A stretch of DNA of 64,000 nt from Acanthaster planci (taxonomy: Eukaryota), in NCBI RefSeq assembly GCF_001949145.1, contig NW_019091359.1, positions 3,894,460-3,958,459 of the forward strand, written 5' to 3'. The position numbers and the translations under genes are program-made. Shown here one piece after another: positions 51,101 through 62,544 of this stretch. The notes below the pieces were generated by a model, which had not been told where the DNA came from, did not search any database, and saw only the letters and a program-made list of their open reading frames with translations. Within the stretch, counting starts at the first letter, position 1; the number at the start of each line of letters is the position of its first letter.

Positions 51101-51498
51101 AGTGCCCAAAGTACAAATGGTGGAAGCCAATCTTAATTTGCCTATCGTACTTGAAACATCCATGTTAAACTCATCAAGCCTTCACAAGCAACAATGGACT
51201 ATTACACTCTACTCCAACTCATAAATAACAGAACAGTAACAGTAATCTCCTCTCCTTACTTCTGAAATCAAAATGAAGAAGAAAAAAGTCAAAAACTGTA
51301 CAGAATTTGTCAACTTCTTTTAAACATTAAAAATCCTCCTTAAAAAGGTTGAATAACATCAGATTAATAACAATAATACAGCATGAGGAAATGACTGATG
51401 GTTGTAGTAAACAGCCCAGTGTTTACAAACCCTTACAGGATGGTGAAGATTCTTCTGTCCATGGTTTGTCAGAAGCAAGGATGGCTTTAGCTGTGACC

Positions 51499-51571
51499 TT
51501 ACACAGCAGATTTGGAGTCACTACCATCTTCAGACTTTGCCTTTTTGGCTGCCGATTGTGGAGGCTGTTGA
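51499..51571 (-). CDS. HCFC1: HCF terminal exon, second half of bipartite NLS ([23 protein letters not shown])
   Basis: Poly-T tract plus catag acceptor in phase 2, TAA stop; resembles the HCF-1 C-terminus APKKSKADGQ. Confidence 0.8.
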
Positions 51572-54500
51572 CTATGTAACAAAAAAAAAAGAAACCAAAT
51601 AATGGGGATTTATCTGACATTCATTTACCATTAGTTCCCTCCAATGTTTAATATATATATGTCTCTGATAAGAAGTTTATCTTCTTTTGCATCCAGCCTC
51701 TCTTGTTCAAGCGGCAATCCCCATATTATGTTTATATGCCTCTCTATTACATCAACTGCCCTTTTCTTGTTTCCTCAGAGCGATCTGATATAAAGAAACT
51801 AATCATGCCAAATAACCTGACAAAACAATTTGTTAGGCTAGCTGCTCCACTGATATAAAAAAACTAATCATGCCAAATAACCTGACAAAACAATTTGTTA
51901 GGCTAGCTGCTCCACAAGAACTGGGCTGGTTCCGAGGCCATAATTTGATATTACTCTACATCTCATAGCTTAGTGTGAATGGCAATGATGAGGTCATAGC
52001 TGTCAGATAAACGGCATAGACAGACTTCAGTCAAACAATCTCTTATTCCTATCTGCTTGTCTGGTGCCTTACCCTTCTGCAGTACGCTTGGCAGCTGTGA
52101 GTTTGGATGAGGCCTGACTATCCTGGAGCCATCTAACCTGGGTGGCAGGTCCATAGCTGGGTAAGGAAGGCAATGGATGTGATCAAAATTGGAATGCATT
52201 TTGTACAAGTACTTCAATCATTTTCAAATAATCAGTATGTTCCGAGCTCATTAAGTAAAACTGCTCCTTAACTTGAACATAATTCAAAATATTGAAATAG
52301 GATGGACAGTAAGAGTGCATCATATTTAGTGACCTTGAGTGGGCTTGACCTACCCCTTCTCATTCCTGGCAGCGATACGGAAGATGATGGCAGGCTTGCT
52401 GCTGTAGTCAATGTGAGCCGTTGTTAGGCTGGTAGAACTGACTACACAGGAAGGCTTGGGACCGCAGTAGACTCGGACAAAAGCTAGCTGAGCTGGTGTC
52501 TGGGGCTTCTGGTCGGAGCTAGTTGTAGACAGACCACTCCGCACTGCCAAGTAGACAGAGTACTCCAAGATATCACCAGCTGTGTTGGTGGGTGCCTCCC
52601 AAGACAGATGGGCTCCTTCAGCACTCTAGAAATTAACAATAAGAAATGGAGAAAGAAGTAAAAGATAACCAGGCTGAAACGAAGGGTAAATCTGAGAGGT
52701 CTTTGGTTAGCTGGTCAATGACAATCCCTGCTCTCACAGGACGTCTACTCTGTAATTTACAGGAGGAAATCAACCTTGGACAAAGTATTTCATCTATTAG
52801 ACACATGTTGTGCAATCCCACTAGCCTGATTCTGACTCACAATCTGCAGGAAAAAAATCAAAGATCCATCAACAACAACCAAAATACTACAATGGAAGGA
52901 TGACTGTTTGAAAAAGCTCACCTCTTTTGTGCCAAATTATGTACTGTACTGCACACTCTCATAATAAAACACAAGCACAAAACTTCAAAGTCAAAAGCAT
53001 AACCAACAAGTCTTTACCTTGCTGATCCTAATAGCGGATGGGGCACCAGGGAAGCCTGGCAAGCATGTTTTGAATGCAGAGATCTCACTCCACGGTCCCC
53101 TACCACAGGCATTGATACCAGCCACACGGAACTTGTAAGCTGTGCCTGCCTGGAGATCTTGCTTCTTTAAGATGCTATGATCTGGTATGCTGACAACATC
53201 AATGTCCTGTGGTGGAGGTTGTCAGATTAAATTGCAAAATAAGACTGATTCAAACAGAGCAGGAGAGCAACTAAGAACCTCTGTGACTCCCCACATCAAA
53301 TAATTCATAAATACCTCAGACAATCTCCCTATTCAACAACATGCAACTTGACTAAGCATTAACATTTGATAGTGCCTGCTGAGAAGTGATAATGCCCGCT
53401 GTGTAAATCATGCACTGGCACCTGGATACGAGACAGTTTAATTGATTCTGGTTGGTTGAGAGTCTGTACGCACACGTAGTCCATATATGGAGATTCTTTT
53501 GGACAACTATAAAATAAAATGAACGGGGATGTTCAGGAAAATAGAAGTAAAATTCTGCAACAAAATTGTTGGAATTCCGTCATATATTGACTTCTTTTGA
53601 CACTGACTAAAAAGGAATTTATGAATGGGAATAAACATGTGCTTGGCTGGTCTTAATCTAACGTTTAAGACTGGCTCAGGAGACTGAATGCTGATAATGC
53701 CCTCGTCCTCTTTGGCATTAGTCACATCCATTCTCCTTAGCCGATCTTAAACGTACGTATTTATTCCCTACGTAAAAACCACACTTCTGGAATAATTAAC
53801 CATTCAAAATCCTCCTGTGTAAAATAACAGTTTGTACTCATTGTAATGATTACTTTAAAGATTCTAACTTCAAGACTGCATGTGCTTCAGAGCAATAGGA
53901 ATATGCAATTTGCTTGGACAGTACAATCTTGCTAATGCCACCTCCATGACTTACATCTTCAGTCCTCTGACCAGCCTCAGATGGTAAGTAATAGTAGGAT
54001 ACAATACTGTGGGTTGCCTTGATGATTCCTACATCATACCACTGGTTCATGTCTTTCTTCTGCACTGGTTTAACTGCAGCTGCTGTTTTAATCTATGAAA
54101 GTAATCAAACAAAAATCAAAGCATAAACCATAATAATTACTTTCTGAAGAAGTACAGTCGACTTTCGGTAATACGAGCTTGGGTAAGATGAGACTCTGGT
54201 TTAGACGAGCATATTTTGCCAGTCCCGACGGAATTGTGCACATTCCTTTGTGGGGAAAAAATGTGTAATAAGAGGTTGGTGTTATGAGATTTCGGTTGAG
54301 ACTATCATTTTTTGCGCACTGGCTGAGTGCAAATCTACTGTTATCTGTCTATTTAGCACAAGCTTTTTTGAAGGCAACTTGTCAATCAGCCAGCCCATTC
54401 AATTTTGAAAGATGCTTCCGTAATTCATTCAAGTAAAATAGTACAGCGCTGCAATTTTCCGTCACCGAATCAAGCTGTTTGTGTTCGGTGCTGCAAGAGA

Positions 54501-57500
54501 GACAAACAATGGGGGTTTGTGGTTCCTGTACCCAACACAGAAATTCTTTGTGGCGGCTCTCGTGCCGCCTGAACACAAGCGAGTGCTGCCAAAAGTGCTA
54601 TGATATTTTATTTAGGACAGTGGTGAATAAACGAAATCTTTTGTTTGATTTCCCTGCCCCCCAAAAATCCCCTAAGACCAAAGTCCCCCAGGAAACTTGT
54701 GTTCCATAACCAAAAACCCGGCCCCAAAAAATGCCCACCCCTGTCAATAAAAGTTACGTGCTCTCCACAGTAACACAAAATATTGCCCCATCCGATTTTG
54801 AAATGTTACAAATTCTCAAATAACAAACTCTAAACTGTGGGTTTCAGTTCAAAAATATTTAACAAAATAACATCCACAAGTTTTGAAGAAAAAGTGCATA
54901 CCTCGCTAATAATTTTTCACCAAACCCACATGCCTTTCCAAAGTAAAATCCAATATTCGCCCTCTACTGGGCACACCACCAATAGCTGGTTTCTTCCTAT
55001 TTTTATGTGCAACAAGTGCAGCTCTGGTGTTGGTTACCAACTAAAATGTTAATGTAATACATTACGTGTGTGTGCATGTGGATCTCATCACGGCGTGCGG
55101 GGCCAGGGACATGTGTACAGCATTGCTCCGAATCGACATGACTGGTGGAAATTCCGCTTCCTCTGTTCTTACATTTTATAATTATTCTTTATTACAAGCC
55201 TTTACTCATTTCACTGCACATATACATCTCCCTTTCATAAAAAACTTTTTGAAATCGAATTCATACAACGATAAACATGCATTTAAAAAAAAGCTATGCA
55301 TACTTGTATACACGTATGCTTTACCTACGGTCAACTGGTGATACATACATCAAGCAGGACGGCAGCTTTCACGTAAACGAGGTCTGGATAATACAAGCTA
55401 ATTTAGTAAAGACTCTTGCATACCTTTTGTTCTTGTGTGTCCAGGCCATTAGGAACTGCATCAGGCTTGCTAGAGGTAGATGAAGGTTGAATGCCAGAGG
55501 TCGCCAGGGAAGCTATTGTCATGGCAATGGAGTTGGCATCTACATCTAGGGTTCACAGAGAGGACAACAGAAACAGCAGGGGAAATATGAAAACCTGGAT
55601 AAGTTTGAAAGTTGTACAAGAAGAAACTAACAGGTACATGTATCAACTGGTGTACATCCATGTTTTTAAAAAGTCAAGTAATTCAATTAGAGCTACTTTT
55701 TGTGAAAAGAATGTTAGTGCCAATGGCCGAATTAAAAAGAAACATCCATTTATGTGCTTTCACAGCAATGTGAGTAACACATAGGCTATCAACTTTCCTA
55801 CCACCCAGACAAGTTTGGGAGAGGCTGTCCCTTTGTCATCTTTCTTTTCACTACATTATCTTTAACCCTACCCCCAAGGCTCCTGCACTAGAAAGTACAC
55901 GGAACCTCACAAAATCCAACAGGTGCATGTACTTGTCTATGTATTTGTACATGCGGGTCACTTTACCAAACAGAATGAGCTCGTTGGAGTTTTGAGTGAT
56001 ATGGTATGGATGGGTCTATGCAGTATAGGATGACGTGCACTGAACAATACCAAACCTGACAAAATCAAGCATGGTTCAACAATTGGCACAGCAAGCCAGA
56101 CACTGTACACAACGAACCCTGTGTATCCCAACTCACACAGAATCCAACACCATCTCCCTGGGCCTTTCATCCCAAATCTCACAAAATTCAACACGTTCAT
56201 CAGGTACGGTACCAAATCTGTCTAAACCTCACAAACCTGCTGTTGGAGTATGGCAGGTTTGGGGTAGTTAAGGTTAATACACCCACCTGTTTTGGTCTTG
56301 TCATCTTGTAAGTCTCCCTTGATAGTTGGTTCACCGTTTGTCACCGCAGCCTCACCTTCTGCTTCACCTGTTTCCATAGCAACAGGTTTAGCTTCCTCTG
56401 ATGGTTCAGTCTCTGTGGGTGTGGCCTCAGATTCTTTGGCTGTTGCAGCATCTACTGCTTCTCCCTCCGTTGACAGTTTCTCTGTATCGACTGAGGAGGT
56501 TGGTTCTGTCTCCATTGGGGTTTCCTCTTTTGCTTCTGGAATGATTCATATAGATTAGTCAGCGAGCACAAGTAAATAAGCGACATCATGGATTTTGCTA
56601 AGACGTTTGTGGGTACAGCGTGTGGAATCAATTTCTTTTCTGAGAGTGGTGGTTCTGAGTGTGAACTTGACATTTCAACCAGGGTGCTCTAGTTGTTCTC
56701 AGGAAAGTGTCTCCCTCTCAGTCTAGCCTCCACCATGCAAAGTTTCAAAGCTTACTGATAGACTTTGGTTTCCTATCCTGAAGTCTTGTAACATAAATTA
56801 ATACACAGAGGCATATTTACCAGTGTCAAGTTTGGTTGATTCATCAGCAGTTTTTGACTCTGCCTCCTCAGCAGGCTGTGCCTCAGCTTCACCAAGTTTA
56901 GAACTCTCCCCCGGTGCTACAGTCCCTTCATCTCCACCTGCAGTGCTGCTCGATGGTGCTTCAGCAGTTCCTGTGGATGAAATGGGCCCTGTCACAGATG
57001 AGGTGGTTTCTGTTGTCTCTCCAGTGCCACTGGCTGTAGATTCAGTAGCAGGTGTATTAACAGCTGGGGTTTCAAACTTCTCACAGGGAGGGTTTTCGCA
57101 ATTTGGATTGACAGGGATGTCATGAAGCTGAAGGTCTACTTGAAGATTGGGATTAACAGCCGCAGCTTCCCCTCCTCCTCCTTCTGGTGTTGCATCACCA
57201 GATGAGGATGGGGCTGTGGTGGTTGCTGGAGAAAAACAATTCAAGAACATGAGTGAGTTGGTACATAACAAACTCTTGGATGTTCTTAACACCAAAGACA
57301 TGCTAACTAGTCTCCAACACTAAAAAAATGAGCTGCTTTGAGCAAAATGAAGCCAAAAAAAAAAACCATAACAGAAATAAACAGTAACATAACTTGATAA
57401 TTTGGTTTTCATTTGTACTTGATAGGGAATAATTTTCTATGGTAAATCTTCGTATTTAATTTTGCCAAAACCTAACACATAAAGATAAAGAACATGTAAC

Positions 57501-60500
57501 TGCAGTAACTATCCACTTAATTTAACAAGTTCTAAAAGTAATACTTTGATGGGTTTAGTTGATACAAGTACTGCCAATGTTGGACTGTAAATAAACCAAC
57601 CTGTGACTATAGTTGCTGAGGTGGCTGCTGTTATGGGGTCACCTGATCCAGATGGCATAGTGCTTAGCACTGGTTTGCTCATAGTAGTAGCCACTAGGGT
57701 TGTAGGAGCAGGGGCTTGGACAGGAACCACTGTTGCTGCTGCTGTTGAGACTGCTGATATCTTGGCTGTGTTTGCTACTATCTGGGACACAGCAGTGCCT
57801 GAAGCCAGGTTCAATAGATTCCCTGCAGCTGAGACTGGAATGGTGATGTACTTGGTGGTAACACCTGGGTTAGCTGCCACACCTACCCCAGTAGAACTGC
57901 CACTTACAGCTGGAGTCTTGAGCACTGTGGTGGTTGTGGTTCCTAGTTGGCCAGCTGTGCTACTACCACTGGGTCGTAGGTTGGACTTGGTAATAATCTG
58001 GATAGTGTTACCACTCTGAGTAGTGATCTGACCAGTTTGAGGGTTGACAGCCCGAATGATGGTAATTGGAGAGGAGGGTGTTCCTCCAGGGATGGAGGTT
58101 TTGATTCCGGAGATAACCTGACCAGCCTAGGATAACCAGGAAAGATCGAATCAGAGAGTGAATCAAAAGTAATGCATTTAGCAAATGTTAATTTTAAGAC
58201 AACTTCCTTGAAACTTGAAGACTTACTGTAATGCATACTTATAAAGAGAAAATTAAAAGAACCAAGAAAAAGAAACATTTTTATAAATTTTACTAAAAAC
58301 CATTGAAATTGCATCTTTGGGTTTCAACTTCATTTTCCATTCATACATGGAAGAAGAGTACAGAGATACACAAAAAGTGATTCTAAGAAAAAATTATTTC
58401 CTGGATCCTTTAAATCTCTGAAAAGCATCCTTTCCAAATGTTTCCAAATGATGCTTCTTTTAACCAAGTGAAAAGGCCCAACTTCACCTGATTTGTCAGC
58501 ATGATCTTGGGTTTGGCTCCCCCAGTTGTAATGAACTTGGTTGGGGTGCCCGTACTTCCAGCCAGCACTTTGCTGGTCACTGTGACGATGGTAGGCTGCT
58601 TGCCTGTCATGGTACCCGTTCCACCCACTTTGGAAACGCCAGCGATGGGAATAGTCTTGATGATACTCTTGCCTTGCTGTGTGATGCTGCTGATACCTAG
58701 GATGGTGGGTTGTGCCTTGCCTGCTGCACTAGCTCCACCAGCACCAACCTGGGTACTGGGACTGATGATAGTTGTGGGTTTACCTACTGCCTGGCTGGTT
58801 GTGATCAGCTTGACAATGGTGCTACCAGGAATGGCAGACTTAGAGATGGGTTGGCCAGCTGTGTTGACCAGGACAGCTCCTGACGTGGCAACTGTTTGAA
58901 CTGGCTTGGTTTGGATTACGGTAGCTTTAGGAATTTGCTGCATTTGCAAACAAGACAATGAAGAAATGAATTGGGCAGGGTTCTAAAAGTGAAGGGATAT
59001 AGGTCAGCTTGAATTAATTCAGTTATATCATTTGGTGCAATCAAAGTCAAGTTTAAAAAACACACAACCAAAAATCATTACGTCACAGTAATCATTTAGT
59101 ATTAATCCAAGGCATTTCTGAAACTCACTGTGTTTTTGACAAGAGTCACGGTCTTGGAGTTGCCAGTCACTACTGCAGATACCACGCTCTGGGTTGCTGC
59201 TCCAGACTTCTGCACGGTTATGATGGGCTTACCAGATGCCGTCAGTGTCTTCAGGATGTTGGTGCCAGGTGCCACCTTCAACCCTTGACCAAGGGCTCCT
59301 GTAGTAGCCAACTTCATCCCTTGGGGAAGGGTGATAGTGGCCACGCCCCCAGAGGTGGTAGTAAGGGCTCGAGAGACAATGGTCAGGCCAGAGCCTGACA
59401 ATGGGGAGAAAATGGACTTGGTTGGGGTGGTGGGGGTCCCCCTGGTGACACTGAGTGACATGCGTTGTTGCTGCTGCATCTTCTGCGTAGCGGAGGCTGC
59501 TTCAGCTAGTGCCACAATTCCACTCAGTGCTGATCCAGCACTTGTGGGCTGACCAAAACAAAAATATACAGAGAAAGACTTTACACCATTGCCCCCTTTA
59601 CAATCATGCATATTGGTTATCCTTTCCCATTAGTAATCAGACTAACACATGATGGAATATAATAATAATAATAGTAATGAACACTTATATTGCACAGATA
59701 CTATACAAATATACTCAACTGCGCATAACAGTACCCTTCACTAGCAAAGATGAAAATCAGGTGTTGGAAAAAGTTTCATGAAAGAGATGAGTTTTTAGAA
59801 CAATCTTGAATGTGTCGACAGATTTAGCATTTCTTACATGAAAGGGCAGGTTGTTCCAAAGCCTAGGAGCAGCATAAATATATGCACGGTCTCCAAAAGC
59901 TGCCTTAGTTCTACGATAGGGATGACTAAGGATCATCCTGTTCTGTGCGCTACGAAGACTGTACCTAGGTACTCAATGATATTCCACGAGCAGAGCACAT
60001 CATCAATCTTGCCATTTGGAAGAAATCGTCCAGTCGTACATAAACAAGATGCTTTGTCATTGCTGTCAATCTGAATTTTGCCCCCTCGGTTCTTGCTTTG
60101 TTACGCCAGTGTAGTGATAACTAGTAGGCACTAAATGTAATCTTGGAACCTTTATCACACTGGTTCATGTGCATCACCACTGTCTCATTGAAATGTTGTC
60201 TGATATTATAACCACTCAAATAGAGCTCTTTGACTAAAGACAAAGTCAAATGCAACTTTTTTCTCACCTGGGTTGTAATAAGTTTAGATGTTGTAGTTCC
60301 CGGCACGGCTAGCTTGAGAGTGACCGGGCTGCCACTAGTGTTGACAACCAATGGGCTCTTAGGAGTCAAGCGTCCTGACAAGTGAGAAGGGATAGAAAAT
60401 ATAGGCAAACTGACAAACATACAAATAGTCCTTCCGTTTGCTTCTGAAATGTCCAATACTTGTACTTCGACAACAAAATACTTAATGACGGCAAATAAAA

Positions 60501-62544
60501 TGGAACTTTTCTACTTTTGATGTCATTTTGCGCATGTGCACATCAGTCCAAATGAGACAAATAGAAAAGGACTGTTGAGTTTGCTTCCACCAAGCTTCTG
60601 AAAAGTCTCCCATGCTAAAAGAATTGTCACCAAAATTGGCAAAAATTTGTAGTCAAATTGGAAAAGGTAAAATGTTACTGTTCTAATCTGACCAACCTTG
60701 TGTCTGCGGCTGAGCCCCTGTGATAGCTGCACGTAGGGGTGAGGTAGTCGTACCAGTCATAGGGGATGATGGCGTTGGGGGCATATCATACTTCTGTAAC
60801 TGCAGCAAGTAGGCGTCCGCTAAAATTGAGGAACATAGTTTTTTATATAAAATGCTATCTTAGTTACAGACAGAAGTCTGTTGCTGAGTCTGGCTAGTTT
60901 TGATCAGCTTGACTATTGTGCTGTTAGGAACGGCATACTTAAATATGGGCTAACACTTTATTTTGAATAAGATGAGGTTTTAAAGGAAAAAAAAGAGGTA
61001 CGGCTGCAACAATTCCATAAAGTCCAAGTGTCTGTGAATAATTAATGATTAACTCACCAATGGGAACTGATCCCCAAGACACTTCCAGAGTGTTAGTGCT
61101 TGCTCGCACTAGTTGGACTCTGGAAGGGGCAGGTGGCTTCTCTGTCTCCAAGAACCACAAGTCTTTGCAACACACCTGTGCAAAAATGAAGGACTGTATT
61201 TGTCAACTGTTGAGTCTGGAAACAAAATTCTAAGAACATATTAGACAAAAATTGACAAGGACAAGGCACTGCAAATCTTTTTCTGTTATGATATGAAGTT
61301 AAATAATGAGTACAGTACAACACCACTATTATTTGGTACAATGATCTTTTGGTATTGCGATTTGTCATTTTCAGTGTACCCATTCCTTACACAACCTGCC
61401 TTATGAATGTGTCTGTGTAAAGAAGTTTGGCCTACACTTCCAACTTAAAATGAAACAAAACATTTTGTTCGTTGTTCTTGTTTCTATACTTTACCTTTTA
61501 GGTAGGCATCACTGGCAGCCCAACTGCTTAAAGTGAAGTGAATTTTTCCCTGACTCAATGCTTCCAACTTGCATGTGACACAGAGTATGGTTACAGGGCT
61601 TCCCACTACTACATTGGTACTACACTACTACATATAATACATGGACTGGGAACCCAAACTGGAGCAGCAATGGTTCATGCCTGAAGTCAGTAACTTAATA
61701 AATGCTAGTTCACACAAGCATCACTGAAAATGATCAAAACTACCTAAATATTTAACTAATATTTCTAATAGTTTAGTCACATCAATTAATCTGTCTATCA
61801 GCCTATATACTGTCGGTTTCGATGAATTTTTCTTTGGCGTAAAAATCTTGCCCTTTTTTTATTAAGATTTTCCAGATAGAGGTCCATGTTGCATACACTT
61901 GGGGGCTTGTTCACTTGGCTTTGCATATGCATGTAATACATGTATACATGTAATGTATACAGAGTTTGGTTTTTGTTCCTTTATAAGTAACATCTTTCTT
62001 AACTCTCGAATTACTATCATCAGTCCTAAATATATTTCTTTTATGCAAAGTAACTTTCAATGTTTGCTAAAAGTATAAGCCAAATTCAGGAGCAAAAGGC
62101 AATGTTTGGTTTACCTAATTGTTTGGTACAGCAGCATTGTACTAAACATGTATGCCAAAAGTCATACTTCTCCTTAACTTTGCAAGTTTCTATGTAAGTT
62201 AGAGTATCCCATCGTACATTAACCATTATCCTCCAAAATATACAAACTGGTTTGCTGGATCTTGACAGATTTAACTTTAGACAGATGAGCAAGATGACTT
62301 TTTGAGGGCCATGTTTCCTATTTGCTCAGTAAACAGAATGAGCTGTGAAGTTCCTACGCAGTGGTGAAAATTGGCTAATTCTAGAAAGGAGTATGTACCT
62401 GATTATTCCAAGCTTTGCGATATCCATCCCTACCACTCCACACATAAAGCCTAGAGTGAATTGCTACAGAGCAGTGGCCAGCTCTTGCCCTTGGAACATT
62501 ATCCTCAAACACCTCCATCGCCAATGGCTCCCATGTCATAGTCT
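51499..62544 (-). CDS. HCFC1: Host cell factor (HCF-1 ortholog), multi-exon gene; 5' Kelch exons lie beyond the window
   Basis: Minus-strand exons 62544-62399, 61175-61058, 60819-60697, 60374-60268, 59548-59129, 58937-58488, 58126-57601, 57225-56821, 56535-56287, 55545-55424, 54092-53955, 53206-53018, 52625-52354, 52156-52073, 51571-51499 join in frame. Diagnostic peptides: [95 protein letters not shown]. Confidence 0.95.
51785..51915. repeat. Near-perfect 65-bp tandem duplication in the last HCF intron
   Basis: ctgatataaa(g/a)aaactaatcatgccaaataacctgacaaaacaatttgttaggctagctgctcca twice (51785 and 51850). Confidence 0.92.
52073..52156 (-). CDS. HCFC1: HCF exon ([27 protein letters not shown])
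   Basis: ccag acceptor, gtaagg donor, phase 2 to 2. Confidence 0.92.
52354..52625 (-). CDS. HCFC1: HCF exon, Fn3 ([10 protein letters not shown]...LEYSVYLAV...[11 protein letters not shown])
   Basis: tctag acceptor, gtaggt donor, phase 0 to 2. Confidence 0.94.
53018..53206 (-). CDS. HCFC1: HCF exon, Fn3 ([50 protein letters not shown])
   Basis: acag acceptor, AAG|gtaaag donor, phase 0 to 0. Confidence 0.95.
53355..53770 (-). repeat. Dispersed repeat copy 2, inverted relative to 4367-4845
   Basis: Same shared blocks in reverse-complement order, inside an HCF intron. Confidence 0.75.
53955..54092 (-). CDS. HCFC1: HCF exon, start of SAS1C/Fn3-C ([22 protein letters not shown])
   Basis: catag acceptor, gtaagt donor, phase 0 to 0. 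Confidence 0.93.
54155..55337. mobile_element. Degenerate Tc1/mariner (Tigger-like) non-autonomous element; right end uncertain
   Basis: TA|cagtcgactttcggtaatacgag left end with a subterminal repeat pattern, CpG-rich interior; only a weak inverted match near 55317-55337. Confidence 0.45.
55424..55545 (-). CDS. HCFC1: HCF exon ([18 protein letters not shown]...QEQK)
   Basis: cctag acceptor, AAG|gtatgc donor, phase 1 to 0, needed to restore frame. Confidence 0.75.
56287..56535 (-). CDS. HCFC1: HCF exon, acidic region
   Basis: tccag acceptor, AG|gtgggt donor, phase 1 to 1, E/T-rich. Confidence 0.82.
56821..57225 (-). CDS. HCFC1: HCF exon with one HCF-1PRO-like repeat ([11 protein letters not shown]) and start of acidic region
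   Basis: tccag acceptor, gtaaat donor, phase 1 to 1. Confidence 0.88.
57601..58126 (-). CDS. HCFC1: HCF exon, Thr/Ala/Val-rich basic region
   Basis: cctag acceptor, AG|gttggt donor, phase 0 to 1, open 526 nt. Confidence 0.85.
58488..58937 (-). CDS. HCFC1: HCF exon, basic region (IVKLITT...PTILGISS...IIKTIPI)
   Basis: tgcag acceptor, CAG|gtgaag donor, 450 nt; TILGISS and IIKTIP are HCF-1 basic-region motifs. Confidence 0.9.
59129..59548 (-). CDS. HCFC1: HCF exon, basic region ([17 protein letters not shown]...KTVTLVKNT)
   Basis: gtcag acceptor, gtgagt donor, 420 nt; resembles HCF-1 SGMAALAAAAAATQKI. Confidence 0.9.
59658..59972 (-). mobile_element. 5'-truncated LINE (L2/CR1 group): ORF2 C-terminus, 3' UTR and (ATT)n tail
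   Basis: Minus strand translates [64 protein letters not shown], the typical GDRAF..AAP.LWN.LP...FK..LKTHLF end; stop at 59757-59759; tail attattattatt. Confidence 0.88.
60268..60374 (-). CDS. HCFC1: HCF exon, basic region ([36 protein letters not shown])
   Basis: tgtcag acceptor, CAG|gtgaga donor, phase 1 to 0. Confidence 0.85.
60697..60819 (-). CDS. HCFC1: HCF exon ([20 protein letters not shown]...)
   Basis: tttag acceptor, AG|gttggt donor, phase 1 to 1; matches [12 protein letters not shown]. Confidence 0.9.
61058..61175 (-). CDS. HCFC1: HCF exon, SAS1N/Fn3-N ([39 protein letters not shown])
   Basis: cacag acceptor, gtgagt donor, phase 0 to 1. Confidence 0.95.
62399..62544 (-). CDS. 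HCFC1: HCF exon, last Kelch repeat ([48 protein letters not shown])
   Basis: taacag acceptor, CAG|gtacat donor; not in the ORF track. Confidence 0.95.

Noticed and set aside
52069..52071. TAA right after HCF KRTAEG as the true end
   Set aside because: It is part of a GTAAGG donor; exon 51571-51499 supplies the expected KKAK NLS half.
56292..59552. Plus-strand ORFs (56292, 56823, 57603, 58501, 59331)
   Set aside because: Antisense shadows of HCF exons.
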